A stretch of DNA of 64,000 bases from Candidatus Eiseniibacteriota bacterium (GCA_963725865.1 CAVSAC010000014.1:1504001-1568000), one strand, 5' to 3'. Numbered from the stretch's first letter, positions 42,701-54,756 are shown. Numbers and translations are program-made. The notes: generated by a model not told the origin, from the sequence alone.

Positions 42701-44285
42701 CGTGCGCCTGCACGGCGAAGTAATAGGTGGTCGAGAACAGCCCGAGGCCGTCGATCCGCACGTGCTCGATGCTGCCGGCCGGTTGCGGGTCCGGCACGCC
42801 GGTGGCGCGGGCGGCGGCGGCGAAGTTCGCCGCCGTGATCGGGGCGGTCGAGAAGCGCACGTCGTAGCGGGCCGCCTTGCCCGTCGCGCCGTCGTCTCCG
42901 GTCGCCGTCCACTGGAGCTCGGCCCAGCTGCCCTCCATGCGGGTCACCGCGAGATCGGTGATCGGCGCCGGCGGGATGCTGTCGGGTTCGGTGAGTGGCA
43001 GGAGCGCGTTCAGCCGGCCGCCGGTCAGCGTCAGGCCCGCGAGCGCCGGCACCGGATCCACGTCGGCGAGCAGCAGCGCCTTGGCACCCGCGCCGTCGAG
43101 GCCGGGAAAGCGCCCCAGCACCAACGCGGCGGCACCGGAGACGTGCGGCGCCGCCATCGAGGTGCCGCTCTTGTACTGATAGCCGCCGGGGACGGTACTG
43201 AGGATGTCGGTGCCCGGGGCGGCGAGGTCCACCGAGGTCGGACCGAAGTTCGAGAACCCCGCCAGCTGGTCGTTCGGATCGCTCGCCGCCACCGCGATGA
43301 TGTTGGGCAGGTCGTAGCTCGCGGGATAGCTCGGGGAAGTGTCGTTGTTGTCGCTGCTGTTGCCAGCGGAAGCGACGAACACGATGCCGGCGTCACCCGC
43401 GGCCGCGATCGCGCCGCGCAACGCCTCCGAGTAGGGCCCGCCACCCCAGCTGTTGCTCATCACGCGTACGTGCATCAACGTGGCGTACTCGATCGAGCTG
43501 ACCGCGTCGGCCGTGGTGCCGCTCCCGTCCGCGCCCAGGAACTTGATGGGCAGGAGCTTCACGTTCCAGTTCACGCCCACCACGCCCAGGGCGTTGTTCC
43601 CGACCGCGCCGATGGTGCCGGCGCAGTGGGTGCCGTGCCCCACGTCGTCGTACGGGTCGTTGTCGTCGTTCGCGAAGTCCCAGCCGTGCACGTCGTCGAT
43701 GAAGCCGTTGCCATCGTCGTCCAGGCCGTTGCCGGCGATCTCGCCGGGATTGACGAACGCGTTCGCCGCGAGATCGGGGTGCGTGTAGTCCATGCCCGTG
43801 TCGATGATCGCGACCAGCACGCTGCTGGAGCCGGTGAACAGATCCCACGCCTGGGTCGCATGGATGTCCGCGCCCGGCGTTCCGCCGGTCTGCCCGATGT
43901 TGTGGAGCCCCCACAGCTGGCCGAACATCGAGTCGTTCGGGGCCGCGTCCATGTGGAGGATGTAGTTGGGCTCGATGTAGCGGATGCGGGGGTCGCGATC
44001 GTAGCGGGCGATCGCCTGCTCGACCGTGAACCGGGTGATCCGCTCGTGGCTGAGGCCGAGCTGCCGGAACGTGCCCATGCGAGTGGCGCCGAGGTCGCGC
44101 CGGATCGCTTCGATCTCGGCGGCACTCGTGCCGGGCGCCCACTGGACGAGGACTTCTCCTGGACGGTGCGCGTAGGTGTTGGTCTGTGCCGCGGCGGTGC
44201 GCAGGCCGAACACCAGCACGGCGATCAATGCGAGGATCGCGAAGAACGACGCGCACGCGTGCGAACGAGCGGAGAGCGGGAGCAT
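36750..44285 (-). CDS. Giant secreted S8 serine peptidase (2,511 aa), intact paralog
   Basis: GGAGG RBS; signal peptide; prodomain ending IEPNY; D/H/S triad; repeated SNDP...HVTGAP modules; C-terminal PNP...LDLAGRRL...G.YLVRL. Confidence 0.9.
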   Translation of the reverse strand: MLPLSARSHACASFFAILALIAVLVFGLRTAAAQTNTYAHRPGEVLVQWAPGTSAAEIEAIRRDLGATRMGTFRQLGLSHERITRFTVEQAIARYDRDPRIRYIEPNYILHMDAAPNDSMFGQLWGLHNIGQTGGTPGADIHATQAWDLFTGSSSVLVAIIDTGMDYTHPDLAANAFVNPGEIAGNGLDDDGNGFIDDVHGWDFANDDNDPYDDVGHGTHCAGTIGAVGNNALGVVGVNWNVKLLPIKFLGADGSGTTADAVSSIEYATLMHVRVMSNSWGGGPYSEALRGAIAAAGDAGIVFVASAGNSSDNNDTSPSYPASYDLPNIIAVAASDPNDQLAGFSNFGPTSVDLAAPGTDILSTVPGGYQYKSGTSMAAPHVSGAAALVLGRFPGLDGAGAKALLLADVDPVPALAGLTLTGGRLNALLPLTEPDSIPPAPITDLAVTRMEGSWAELQWTATGDDGATGKAARYDVRFSTAPITAANFAAAARATGVPDPQPAGSIEHVRIDGLGLFSTTYYFAVQAHDELGNPSGMSNVASGTTLGPPQVQVAPASLSADLLTGEQATRTLMVSNTGVSELSFHLGSESFPVPPVAVLATVAASPAPLAAATAAGPAGSYAAGAAPSRGLILPAGTSPTGATTAGGLRVLLLQCGGAVGEIQGLLSAFPDIDSVDVVDGGITTPTLEQLRAYASVIVIVSSSVGDRVALGNVLADYIDDGGGVVFTLASFITDYALQGRLLTGGYYPFDLGSGPAGSSVLGAFDTAHPIMQGVGSCTGDVLGLVTVPPGSELVASWANGFPFVATRGPHVAGVNIYLGSPGYWTGDVPLILHNAAFWVRGTGRYLSWSPAAGVVPPGGSADVQVTYDATGLVGGNYDAYVAVMSNDPVTPKALVPSHLHVTGAPDILLSASSLDFGSLFIGAAKPETVTVTNRGTDLLTVTSVAVSPADFTAPAGGFDLAPGASRPLIVTFAPQSAALLTGALVVHSNDPDSPEVTIALHGEGLVAPEIAVSPTSLSAGLFVGEKATRTLTITNSGGSPLEVSLSTSTPPAPAPGSTRTGWASGTPAVLDDPPVSGRPSPGPTANTTAAPLGPVAMAGDYTGTYLHFGITDFGEIMPFQYPNGNEHLNVGSPLSGYTVAYQTGSGDHVVWSGYNDRQGLAPVSYREITNTAALLVAEAVTQTTDSLLRVTRTFTFDKHDKGVAIRTTLQNLTGTMLTNVVFKDWADWDVDNDYADDSWDYDRTRNMTYGWDVHYAGIASFDAPTAMDFYGWDDYANRSTTVEYTTGPVTNFDGLALLHFDLGDLSALASHEVATAFGIGDDLAELQAVMDRTATSASWLSMDPRSLVVPAHSSQPVTVTFDAGRLVGGDYDASVALRSNDPVRPELLVPAHLHVTGAPDIAVSSTDLDFDSLYVGASRAESLLVSNSGTDLLTVTSVAASPGDFTVPLGGFTLAPGAARTLAVTFSPLSAATIVGTLEIHSDDPDESILTVSLHGTGVIAPAIVVTPDSLTAELFTGDRLTQPLVVANPGGSPLTWSLTISSASLPAAPALAARGLARPSGVDAVSVASAGRQDGAGLPRPSGPSGLAGLLRNELAALGTTQTVFYDDMEHGDNGWTQQVYGIDDLWHRTTRAYNSPSTSWWCGRESTGDYATGNPIRTAAVTPPIDLSRAIAPVTLQFFEFFSTEPGYDNCMVDVSSASDSGTTWTSLRGGLGFAPSGNSGGWRLAMLDLSPWTGQTIRIRFYFDTIDGIANSFPGWFFDDVLVSATSPPWLSVTPTAGSVAAAGSQSLQAVFDAAGLPGGDYLASIDFASNDPLTPLLAVPARLHVTGAPNISVSAERLDFGTVFVGGSRTDSLVVTNVGTDLLDVSAVDIAPGVFHGSSAGFTLAAGDSRTLAVTYAPTVVGTSGGMLTLHSNDQDQSTLVVALAGTCVLAPHVVLSPQIFQRLMPPDAVATEALTLNNTGGSPLTWNITASLGAVGGIVEPLTEVLAPAPDAAAGESLTPAAQASRVVQSVPATLARAAGDGAPAGAGAALRAPPVSAAGARFASQRAESSSVAPPPLADALAQLNTRYPSVTSIIPNRFDFSEGETGNSIVDGGQDMYDIGNLIRTNLGGPITYSNNAISYSSAFGASYFTRKYPGLFVLAADLVGVNKFTIYGKLGASGAGEVDGAVLSVSMGGLNYLGYVKRVFNAGDASVNHLIILVDPGSTSRSFYNDTNNDFDEVSTTAPLARLYYVLMAGNAGAYISDASMFEIMKAFINALTPAPPWLSVTPASGVVPAHGNSSVSVRFDTHGLALGTQLGSLAVNSDDPIQPLVTVPVELDVEIVTATDVALVSSSADPGVAHLLWHASQSDGHPVAVQRRGGSGEWAAVASIVPDGEGYLRFEDHDVLPAARYGYRLGITAEGTLRFVGETWLDIPAGVELALHGLLPNPAVRDLRVAFSLADAQPATLELLDLAGRRLRARAVGTLGAGRHSISLGTTATLPPGMYLVRLQCGERSLIVKGVVLE

Positions 44286-44700
44286 GCGAACCTCCAGGTC
44301 GGAAGCGGCGGTCCGTCCAATCGGGACGATCGCGTCGTCCGGAGTGGATCCGGCTGGAGGCCGGTGGGTGGGTCTCGACCTGCGGATCGATCGTGCGGCC
44401 TGCCCATCGCAGCGCCCACACGGCCAGGCGGGGGGCTTGGCGGCGACACGAACACCGACCTTACGGCTGAAGCCTAGACCAACTGCGGCCGGGTATCGTG
44501 GAAATTCGTCATTGTGGTGGAGATTTCCACCGCGCTGGCCGGCGGCGCACGAGTGGTGGGGCCCGAGGGTGGACTGGGCCGCGGGCCCGGCCGATGGACG
44601 CCCGCCGCGCCGCTCGGCTAGGGTGCCCGCCGACGGACTCCGGCCCCCTCGCGCAATCGCGCATCCGCGCGCCGCGGTGGCCGCTTCAGGGAGCGAGGCG

Positions 44701-45471
44701 ATGGCGAAGCGATTCGAGGGCCGCGCGATGCTGGTGACGGGCGCCACCAGCGGCATCGGGCGGGCGTGCGCGCGGGCGCTGTTAGCCGAGGGCGCGCAGG
44801 TGGCGGCGTGCGGCCGGCGCCGCGATCGCCTGGCCGAGCTGGAGGCGGAGGCGAAGGACGGCGGCGGCACGCTGCTGGCGCTGACCGGCGACGTGCGCGA
44901 GGAGGCCACCGCGAACGCGTGGGCGAAGGCGGCGGTCGAGCGCTTCGGCGGGCTCGACGGGCTGGTGAACGCGGCCGGCGTGCTGGGCGGCGGCGGTGTG
45001 CTGGAGACCACCAAGGACGAGTGGGATCGGCTGCTGGACACCAATCTGCGCGGGCTCCACTTCATGACGCGCGCGGCCGGGCCGGGGCTGATCCAGCGCA
45101 AGGGCGCGGTGGTGAACATCTCCTCGGTCGCGGGGCCGCGGCCGTACGCCAACCTGCTCGCGTACTGCGTCAGCAAGTCGGCGGTCAGCTCGTACACGCG
45201 CTGCGCCGCGCTCGACTTCGCGCCGCACGGCGTGCGGGTCAACGCGCTGGAGCCGGGCGTGGTGGTGACCGAGCTGCACACGGTGACGACGGCGGTCGCC
45301 GACTACCCGGCGTTCCTCGAGCGCGGCAAGACCACGCATCCGCTCGGCCGCGTGGGCGACCCCAAGGAGATCGCGGCGATGGTGCTCTACCTGCTGAGCG
45401 ACGACGCGGCGTGGATCACCGGCGCGTGCGTGCCGATCGATGGCGGGCGCGCGCTGATGAGTGCGCGCTGA
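44701..45471 (+). CDS. Short-chain dehydrogenase/reductase (SDR)
   Basis: TGATSGIG, VNAAG, NISS, YCVSK, VRVNALEPG. Confidence 0.92.
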   Translation: MAKRFEGRAMLVTGATSGIGRACARALLAEGAQVAACGRRRDRLAELEAEAKDGGGTLLALTGDVREEATANAWAKAAVERFGGLDGLVNAAGVLGGGGVLETTKDEWDRLLDTNLRGLHFMTRAAGPGLIQRKGAVVNISSVAGPRPYANLLAYCVSKSAVSSYTRCAALDFAPHGVRVNALEPGVVVTELHTVTTAVADYPAFLERGKTTHPLGRVGDPKEIAAMVLYLLSDDAAWITGACVPIDGGRALMSAR

Positions 45472-45806
45472 TGCGACCGCGCAAGGGTGGGGGCGGAGGC
45501 GGCGGGTTCGAGGCGGTGCTGCGCTGGCCGGCGTGGGCGCTCGCGCTGCTGGCGCTGGGCTCGGCGTTCGGGCCGCTGCCGCACGACTGGACGCACACGC
45601 TGCGGTGGGCGCTCACGCTGTTCGGGCTGCTCGAGGCCGGGGTGGCGATGGGGCAGGGCCGCCGCGGGGCGTTCATCTGCTACGCCGCGCTCGCGGTGCT
45701 GCTCAACCCGATCCGCCCGTTCGTGTTCGCGCCGCTGATCACGCGCCTGCTCTATGCCGCCGCGGGGGTGTGGCTGATCGGGGACCACCTGCCGAACAAG
45801 CGCTGA
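45471..45806 (+). CDS. DUF6804-like small membrane protein
   Basis: TGATG overlap; LP..W...LRW...AVLLNPIRP pattern. Confidence 0.6.
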   Translation: MRPRKGGGGGGGFEAVLRWPAWALALLALGSAFGPLPHDWTHTLRWALTLFGLLEAGVAMGQGRRGAFICYAALAVLLNPIRPFVFAPLITRLLYAAAGVWLIGDHLPNKR

Positions 45807-45875
45807 GGCGGGCCCGCCCGGCGGGCCCACAACGCGCTCCACCCCCGGCCCGCACCCGCCGATAACTCCGGCGTC

Positions 45876-46715
45876 ATGCAGGCTTTGGTCCTCCATCCCT
45901 CGGGTGCGGGTGTCGCGATCGCCGCGATCGCCCTCGCCGCCGGCGCGCCGCTGTTCAGCGACGGGCTGGCGGCGCTGCGCCTGCGCCGCCGGTTCGGCGC
46001 GCTGCGCCACGCCGCGCTCGGCGACCGGCCGAGCGGGGTGGTCCACGTGTCGGGGCGCGTGGCGCTCGAGAGCCCGCTGTTCGCGCCGCTCTCGGGGCGG
46101 CCGTGCGCGGGCTTCCGGCTCGCGGTCACCACCGCCCAGCATCCCGAGCCGCAGCACGTGGACGAATGGCGGGACTTCCGCATCGTCGAGGAGGACACGA
46201 CCGCCCACGTGCGGAGCCGGTCGGCGCGCTGGGACCTGATGGTCACCGGCTGGCGCGACGTGCCCGCGGGCGATCGGCTCACCGAGCACTTGCACGCGCT
46301 GCTCGACCGGGTGCCCGAGACGCGCTGGCTGCGCGACTCCGGCGCGCCGCTGCGGCTGGTCGAGCACGCGCTGCTCGCCGGCGGCGCCTGCCACGTCGTG
46401 GGGATGGCGCACCGCGCGACCACCCAGGTGTTCGCGGATCAGGTGGTGCTCGCGCGCACCGGCACCGACGACGCCGAGGTGACGATCGATCGTCTGGTCG
46501 CCACCGCGACCGCGCACGGCGCACCGGACCTGTGGATCGGTCCCGACGAGGCGTCGGAGTTCCTGCTGATCGCCGACTCCCCGCCGCGCCTCGAGCGGCT
46601 GCACGTCCCGCTCCTGCGGCTCGCCGGGCTGGCGCTGGGGCCCGCGCTGAGCCTGGCCGGGATGCTCTATCTGGCGCGCGCGGCCGACTGGCTGCGCATG
46701 CACGGAGGATTCTGA
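45876..46715 (+). CDS. Divergent GIDE/BAM-like membrane protein
   Basis: TM at both ends; GVVHVSGRV....APLSGRPC; similar to the downstream gene. Confidence 0.6.
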   Translation: MQALVLHPSGAGVAIAAIALAAGAPLFSDGLAALRLRRRFGALRHAALGDRPSGVVHVSGRVALESPLFAPLSGRPCAGFRLAVTTAQHPEPQHVDEWRDFRIVEEDTTAHVRSRSARWDLMVTGWRDVPAGDRLTEHLHALLDRVPETRWLRDSGAPLRLVEHALLAGGACHVVGMAHRATTQVFADQVVLARTGTDDAEVTIDRLVATATAHGAPDLWIGPDEASEFLLIADSPPRLERLHVPLLRLAGLALGPALSLAGMLYLARAADWLRMHGGF

Positions 46716-46717
46716 GC

Positions 46718-47539
<822 letters not shown>

Positions 47540-47591
47540 GAACCCCCGGCCGGTGTGACCGGTCGCACACCCCGAAGTGGAGGTATTCGAC

Positions 47592-48173
47592 ATGATCCAT
47601 CCCGGCGAACTCCTCGCGACGGTGATGATCGGCTTCATCATCGTGGGCGCCATCGGTTACGCCCTGACGCTCTACAATGGCCTGGTCGCGCTCAAGAACG
47701 GCATCGCGCGCTCGTGGGCGAACATCGACGTGCTGCTCAAGCAGCGCCATGACGAGCTGCCGAAGCTCGTGAAGACGTGCGAGGGCTACATGCAGCACGA
47801 GCGCGCGGTGTTCGACAAGCTGAGCGAGGCGCGCGGAGCCCTGCTGAAGGCGCGGGGCGTGGGCGAGCGGGCGGACGCGGAGAACCAGATCACGCGGGCG
47901 CTGGGGGGGATCTTCGCAGTCGCCGAGGCGTACCCCGACCTCAAGGCGAACCAGTCGTTCCTGCAGCTCCAGAGTCGCATCAGCGAGCTCGAAAACCAGA
48001 TCGCTGACCGCCGCGAGTACTACAACGACACCGTGACGACGTTCAATACGCGCATCCAGCAGATCCCCGACCAATTCGTCGCCGGCTGGCTGGGATACCA
48101 AGCGGCCGAGTTGTTCAAGGTCGACGAGCGGGACCGCCAGGACGTCGAGATCGGCTTCAAGATGACCGCCTAG
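47592..48173 (+). CDS. lemA: LemA family protein
   Basis: YNGLV...WANIDVLLKQRHDELP, EAYPDLKANQSF, ENQIADRREYYN. Confidence 0.93.
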   Translation: MIHPGELLATVMIGFIIVGAIGYALTLYNGLVALKNGIARSWANIDVLLKQRHDELPKLVKTCEGYMQHERAVFDKLSEARGALLKARGVGERADAENQITRALGGIFAVAEAYPDLKANQSFLQLQSRISELENQIADRREYYNDTVTTFNTRIQQIPDQFVAGWLGYQAAELFKVDERDRQDVEIGFKMTA

Positions 48174-48186
48174 GCCGTCCGCGACC

Positions 48187-48218
48187 GAGCCCCCGGCCCG
48201 TGCCGCCGGGGGCTTTCG
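48187..48218 (+). terminator. Intrinsic terminator after lemA
   Basis: gagcccccggc-N7-gccgggggct followed by a short T run. Confidence 0.6.
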
Positions 48219-48258
48219 CTTGCCGCGCGGTCGCCGCGTGCGTAGGGTACGGCTCGCG

Positions 48259-49329
48259 ATGACTCCGAACCCGCCTCCGGCCGCACCCCGCGATCCCGAC
48301 GCGCTCCGGGTCGCCGTCCACGGACTCGGCCGCGAGGGCCTCGCGCTCACCGCGACGCTCGCGATGCGACCCGAATGCGAGCTGGTGGCACTGGGCGATC
48401 CGCGTCCCGCGGCGATCCGCCGCGCGCGCGGCGCCGGCTTCGCGCTCCCCGGTTTCGCGCGCCTCGAGCGCCTGATCGCCGCCGCGGCGCCCCAGGCGCT
48501 CGTGATCGCGGTGCCCGCACCCGAGCGCGCGGCCGCGGTCCGGCGCGCGCTCGAGGCCGGAGTCGCGGTGCTGACCACCTCGCCGCTCGCGGCCACGCTC
48601 GTCGAGGCCGAAACGCTGGCGGCGCTCGCCGAGGAGCGCGGTGTGGCGCTGGCGGTCGCCCACCAGTTGCCGTTCGAGCCGCCGTTCGCCCACGCCGAAC
48701 GCGAGCTGGGAGTCGGCGCGCTCGGCGTGCTGAAGCTGGCGCGCTCGTCGGTGTACGAGTCGCGCGTGTTCAGCACCCGCGAGGCGCGCGCGCAGGCCGC
48801 GCACTCGCCCGGCGGCGTGCTCACGGCGACGGCGCTCGACCTGCTGCTGATGCTCGACACCCTGTTCGGCACGCCGACCACCGTGCGGGCCACGACCAGC
48901 AGCCTGTACGGCGCCCACGAGGACGAGGCTCACGCGATGATGACGCTGGCGACCGGGGCCGAGATCGGACTCGACGCATCGTGGAGCGTGCCCGGCTACC
49001 CGCGCCCGGCGGTCGTGCTGGAGGCCGAGGGTGACAACGGCGCAGTGCTGGTTTCCGACGATGCGTACGAGGTCGAGCTGACCACGCGGCGCGATCCGCT
49101 GCCGGCCGGCCACCGCCGGCTGCGCGACGCCGAGCTGGAGCAGTCCGCGTGGTACGACATGGACGGCGAAGCGCGCGACCCGATGGTGGCGGCCTTCGTG
49201 GCGTGGGCGCTCGGCGGCGCGGTGCCGCCGCACGCCGCCGCCACGTCGGTGCGCGCCCAGCGCACGCTCGAGTCGCTCTACGCGTCGGCGCGGCGCGGGG
49301 GCACGGACGTGCGCGTGGGGGCGCCATGA
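48259..49329 (+). CDS. Gfo/Idh/MocA-like oxidoreductase (degenerate motifs)
   Basis: LRVAVHGLGREG Rossmann start and family-like C-terminal layout, but TTSP in place of CEKP. Confidence 0.7.
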   Translation: MTPNPPPAAPRDPDALRVAVHGLGREGLALTATLAMRPECELVALGDPRPAAIRRARGAGFALPGFARLERLIAAAAPQALVIAVPAPERAAAVRRALEAGVAVLTTSPLAATLVEAETLAALAEERGVALAVAHQLPFEPPFAHAERELGVGALGVLKLARSSVYESRVFSTREARAQAAHSPGGVLTATALDLLLMLDTLFGTPTTVRATTSSLYGAHEDEAHAMMTLATGAEIGLDASWSVPGYPRPAVVLEAEGDNGAVLVSDDAYEVELTTRRDPLPAGHRRLRDAELEQSAWYDMDGEARDPMVAAFVAWALGGAVPPHAAATSVRAQRTLESLYASARRGGTDVRVGAP

Positions 49330-50195
49330 AGCGCGCGATGGAGACCCCGCGCCTGTTGCTGGGCGCGCTCTCGTTCACGCGCCCGCCGCGCGCCTCGCGC
49401 GATCGCGAGCTGGAGGTGAGCGCGCGCTATCGCGAACCCGAGTCGCTCGCGGTCACGCTGTCGAAGGCGCTCGACGCCGGCGCCGACGGCGTGCTGGCCA
49501 CACCCACGCCCGCGCTGCGCGCGGCGCTGGCGGAGCTGCGGCGCACGGTGCCGGTGGTGGCCGTGTGGCCGACGCGGGGCCCGCTCGACGAGGCCGACGA
49601 CGAGGCCCCCGAGCCCGCGCGCGGCGCGCGGGGGCCTGGGATCGCCGCGAGCGTGCGGCGCGGCGTGACCGGGCTGCTGCGGCTGCCGGCGCAGGTGCGC
49701 GGCGACCTGACCGTGACCGTGCCGATGCAGCTCGAGGTCGACGCCGAGGCGCTGCCGGCGCGCGCGCTGCGCGGAGTGGCGATCGCGGCTCCGATCACCG
49801 ACCTGGCGCTGGCCGCCGGGCACCTGAAGTTCTTCGGGCAGCTGGTGGCGTTCGTCCACGCGCGGTTCGGAGTGGCGGCCGGCTTCGAGACCCACAACCT
49901 CGGCCACCTGCTCGCGCTGCTGCGCAACGCCGGCGTGCGCCCCGACTTCGTGATCGGTCCCGTGAACCCGTGCGGGCGCATGATGAAGCCGGATGTCGAG
50001 ACCGTGCTCGACGAGCTGCGCCGTCGCGACGTGCCGGTGCTGGCGCGCGAGCTGTCCGCCGGCGGCCTGGTGCCGCTCGCCGAGGGCGCCCGCTACGCGC
50101 TCGCGCACGGTGCCGCGGGACTGGCGCCCGACCTCGTCGACATCGACGACGTGGCGAGCGATCTGAAGGGGCTGCTGCCGGATCTGCCGCGCTGA
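49326..50195 (+). CDS. Hypothetical protein, possibly aldo/keto-reductase-like TIM barrel
   Basis: ATGA overlap; PRLLLG...KALDAGADG...AGFETHNLG...PVNPCG..M. Confidence 0.6.
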   Translation: MKRAMETPRLLLGALSFTRPPRASRDRELEVSARYREPESLAVTLSKALDAGADGVLATPTPALRAALAELRRTVPVVAVWPTRGPLDEADDEAPEPARGARGPGIAASVRRGVTGLLRLPAQVRGDLTVTVPMQLEVDAEALPARALRGVAIAAPITDLALAAGHLKFFGQLVAFVHARFGVAAGFETHNLGHLLALLRNAGVRPDFVIGPVNPCGRMMKPDVETVLDELRRRDVPVLARELSAGGLVPLAEGARYALAHGAAGLAPDLVDIDDVASDLKGLLPDLPR

Positions 50196-50211
50196 GCGCG
50201 GGAGTTCGCCG

Positions 50212-51669
50212 CTACACCCCGCTCGCCGCCAGCGGAGTCGTGCCGCCGAGCAGGTACTGGATCACGTCCGCGGCACCGTAGCGCGTGCGACCCTGCAGGA
50301 AGGTGCCGATCGACATGAGGTCGTCGCCGCTGGTGAGCAGCGGCGGCTCGTGGCTGCCGTCCGCGCGCGACTGGCCGAGGCCGATGTTGGCCATCAGCGC
50401 GTTGCACAGGCACGCGCGGCCCTCGGTCTCGCTCTGGATGCCGCCCTTCTGGACGTACTGGTCGACCGGCTCGCTCGGACAGCGGTAGCCGAGGCGGCCG
50501 GCGGCGTCGCGGAACGCGGTGCGCAGGTAGCCGAGGTCGCAGACGCGCGCGCGCTTGGTGCCGTTCGTCGGGTCGCCCGCCCACTGCACGATCTTGAACG
50601 GGTAGCCGGTCGGCGAGGCGGTCGCGTCGGTGTGGACGTGGACCTCGCCGCGCAGCGCGTGCTCCAGCACCGAGCGCTTGAGCGGCTCCGCGAGCCCGGA
50701 CTCGTCGCAGTAGGCGAACAGCGTGCCGACCTGCACGCCCGCCGCACCCGCGGCGCGCGCCTCGCGCAGGCGCGCGGGGCCGCCGAGGCCTCCCGCGAGC
50801 CAGAACGGCAGCCCGAGGTCGCGGATCTTCGGCAGGTCCACCACGTCGCGCTCGCCGTAGAGCGGCTCGCCGCGCTCGTTGAACGTCGCCTCGCCGCGCG
50901 GCGGGGCGTTGTGCCCGCCGGCGGTCGGCCCCTCGATCACCAGGCCATTGACGCCGCCGCTGCACTTGCGCGCGAGCATGGTCGCGAGCGAGTTGCTCGC
51001 CACGATCGGCAGGAAGCGCGGCCGCTTCAGCTCCGGTGGCGCGCCGTCCCAGTGTTCGGCCGGGTCGAGCGAGAACTGCTCCGCGCCGTCGGCACTCCCG
51101 GCGACGTCGAGCCGCATCGAAGCGGGCTGGTGCCTCGACAGCGCGTCGAGCGCGCACGGGATCTCGCGCGGGATGCCGGCGCCCATCAGCACGTAGTCCA
51201 CGCCCGCGAGCATCGCGCCGTAGAGCGTGGCGAGGTTCGGCAGCTGGAGCTTGGTGAGCAGGTTGATGCCGACCTTGCCGTCGTGGCCGTGCTTGGCCAG
51301 GTGCACCTCGACGAACGACGCCAGCATGGTGAGCTGGTGGCGCGCCTTGCTCAGCACCTGCTGGTGCATCGTCAGGTTCAGGTAGGGCGTACCGGGCGGG
51401 CGGCCCGCCGGCCGGAAGTGGCGCTTCAGGATCTCGGCCGCCGCCTGGCGCAGGGGGAAGTGCTCGAGCGCGCGGCGCACGTGGCCGCCGATGTCGCCGT
51501 CCTGCAGCCGGCGCGCGATCACCGCGTCGATCGCCGTGCCCGAGACCACGCCGAGGTGACCGCAGCGCGCGACCGCGCGAGCGAGCTTCCAGTCCGAAAC
51601 GCCGATGCCCATGCCGCCTTGGATGATGACGGGATGGGCACCGGGAACCACCGGGGGTGTGCTGTTCAT
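50212..51669 (-). CDS. Nitronate monooxygenase / FabK-like FMN oxidoreductase
   Basis: IIQGGMGIGVS, IEGPTAGGH, WLAGG, GVQVGTLF. Confidence 0.85.
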   Translation of the reverse strand: MNSTPPVVPGAHPVIIQGGMGIGVSDWKLARAVARCGHLGVVSGTAIDAVIARRLQDGDIGGHVRRALEHFPLRQAAAEILKRHFRPAGRPPGTPYLNLTMHQQVLSKARHQLTMLASFVEVHLAKHGHDGKVGINLLTKLQLPNLATLYGAMLAGVDYVLMGAGIPREIPCALDALSRHQPASMRLDVAGSADGAEQFSLDPAEHWDGAPPELKRPRFLPIVASNSLATMLARKCSGGVNGLVIEGPTAGGHNAPPRGEATFNERGEPLYGERDVVDLPKIRDLGLPFWLAGGLGGPARLREARAAGAAGVQVGTLFAYCDESGLAEPLKRSVLEHALRGEVHVHTDATASPTGYPFKIVQWAGDPTNGTKRARVCDLGYLRTAFRDAAGRLGYRCPSEPVDQYVQKGGIQSETEGRACLCNALMANIGLGQSRADGSHEPPLLTSGDDLMSIGTFLQGRTRYGAADVIQYLLGGTTPLAASGV

Positions 51670-51769
51670 CGATGGACCATAGCTCCAATCGGCGCTGAAC
51701 ACCCGGAATCGTTTCTGCGGCTTGAGGGCTGGAGGTGCCCGCGGGGTCAACCCCCCGCGCGGCGATGGC

Positions 51770-52240
51770 TCAGCGAATCGCGCCCGAGCGCACCGCGTGG
51801 ATGTAGTCGGTCAGCACCGGCGTGTGCCCCGCGCTCCGCAGCGCGGCTGCGATCTGGCCGCGGTGGTAGCCGGAGTGCGAGGCGACCTGGGCGAGGATGT
51901 CCGCGACCGTGCTCGAGAACGTCTCGCCCTTGCTGTTCCGGTACGCGATCCGGTCCATCAGCCGCGCGGCGGTCAGCCCGTCGAGCCACGCGCGCCAGTC
52001 GCGCGCGCCCGCCTCGAGCTCCTTCGCGCACTGCTCCAACGTCAGGTCCGGCCACACCGCGAGCGGCGACGTGGTCCCCTGCAGGCGTGCGAGCCACAGG
52101 CGCTCGGCGGCCGCGATGTGGGCGAGCCAGCGCAGGGTGTCGGCCGGCGGCGCCCCCGCCGCGCGCATCGACGCGAGCGTCTCGCGGTCCGCCCAGGCGG
52201 TCCACGCGAGCTGGCGGCGCTGGTGGGCGAGCAGGTCCAT
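51770..52240 (-). CDS. DinB family protein
   Basis: W.D, LAHIAAAE.LWL.R, HSGYHRGQIA...G..P..TDY. Confidence 0.85.
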   Translation of the reverse strand: MDLLAHQRRQLAWTAWADRETLASMRAAGAPPADTLRWLAHIAAAERLWLARLQGTTSPLAVWPDLTLEQCAKELEAGARDWRAWLDGLTAARLMDRIAYRNSKGETFSSTVADILAQVASHSGYHRGQIAAALRSAGHTPVLTDYIHAVRSGAIR

Positions 52241-52254
52241 GGCGTCCACCGCGC

Positions 52255-54752
<2,498 letters not shown>

Positions 54753-54756
<4 letters not shown>

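Noticed and set aside
44286..45281. N-terminal extension of the 2,843-aa ORF
   Set aside because: It is the antisense of the SDR gene; the RBS and signal peptide place the start at 44285.
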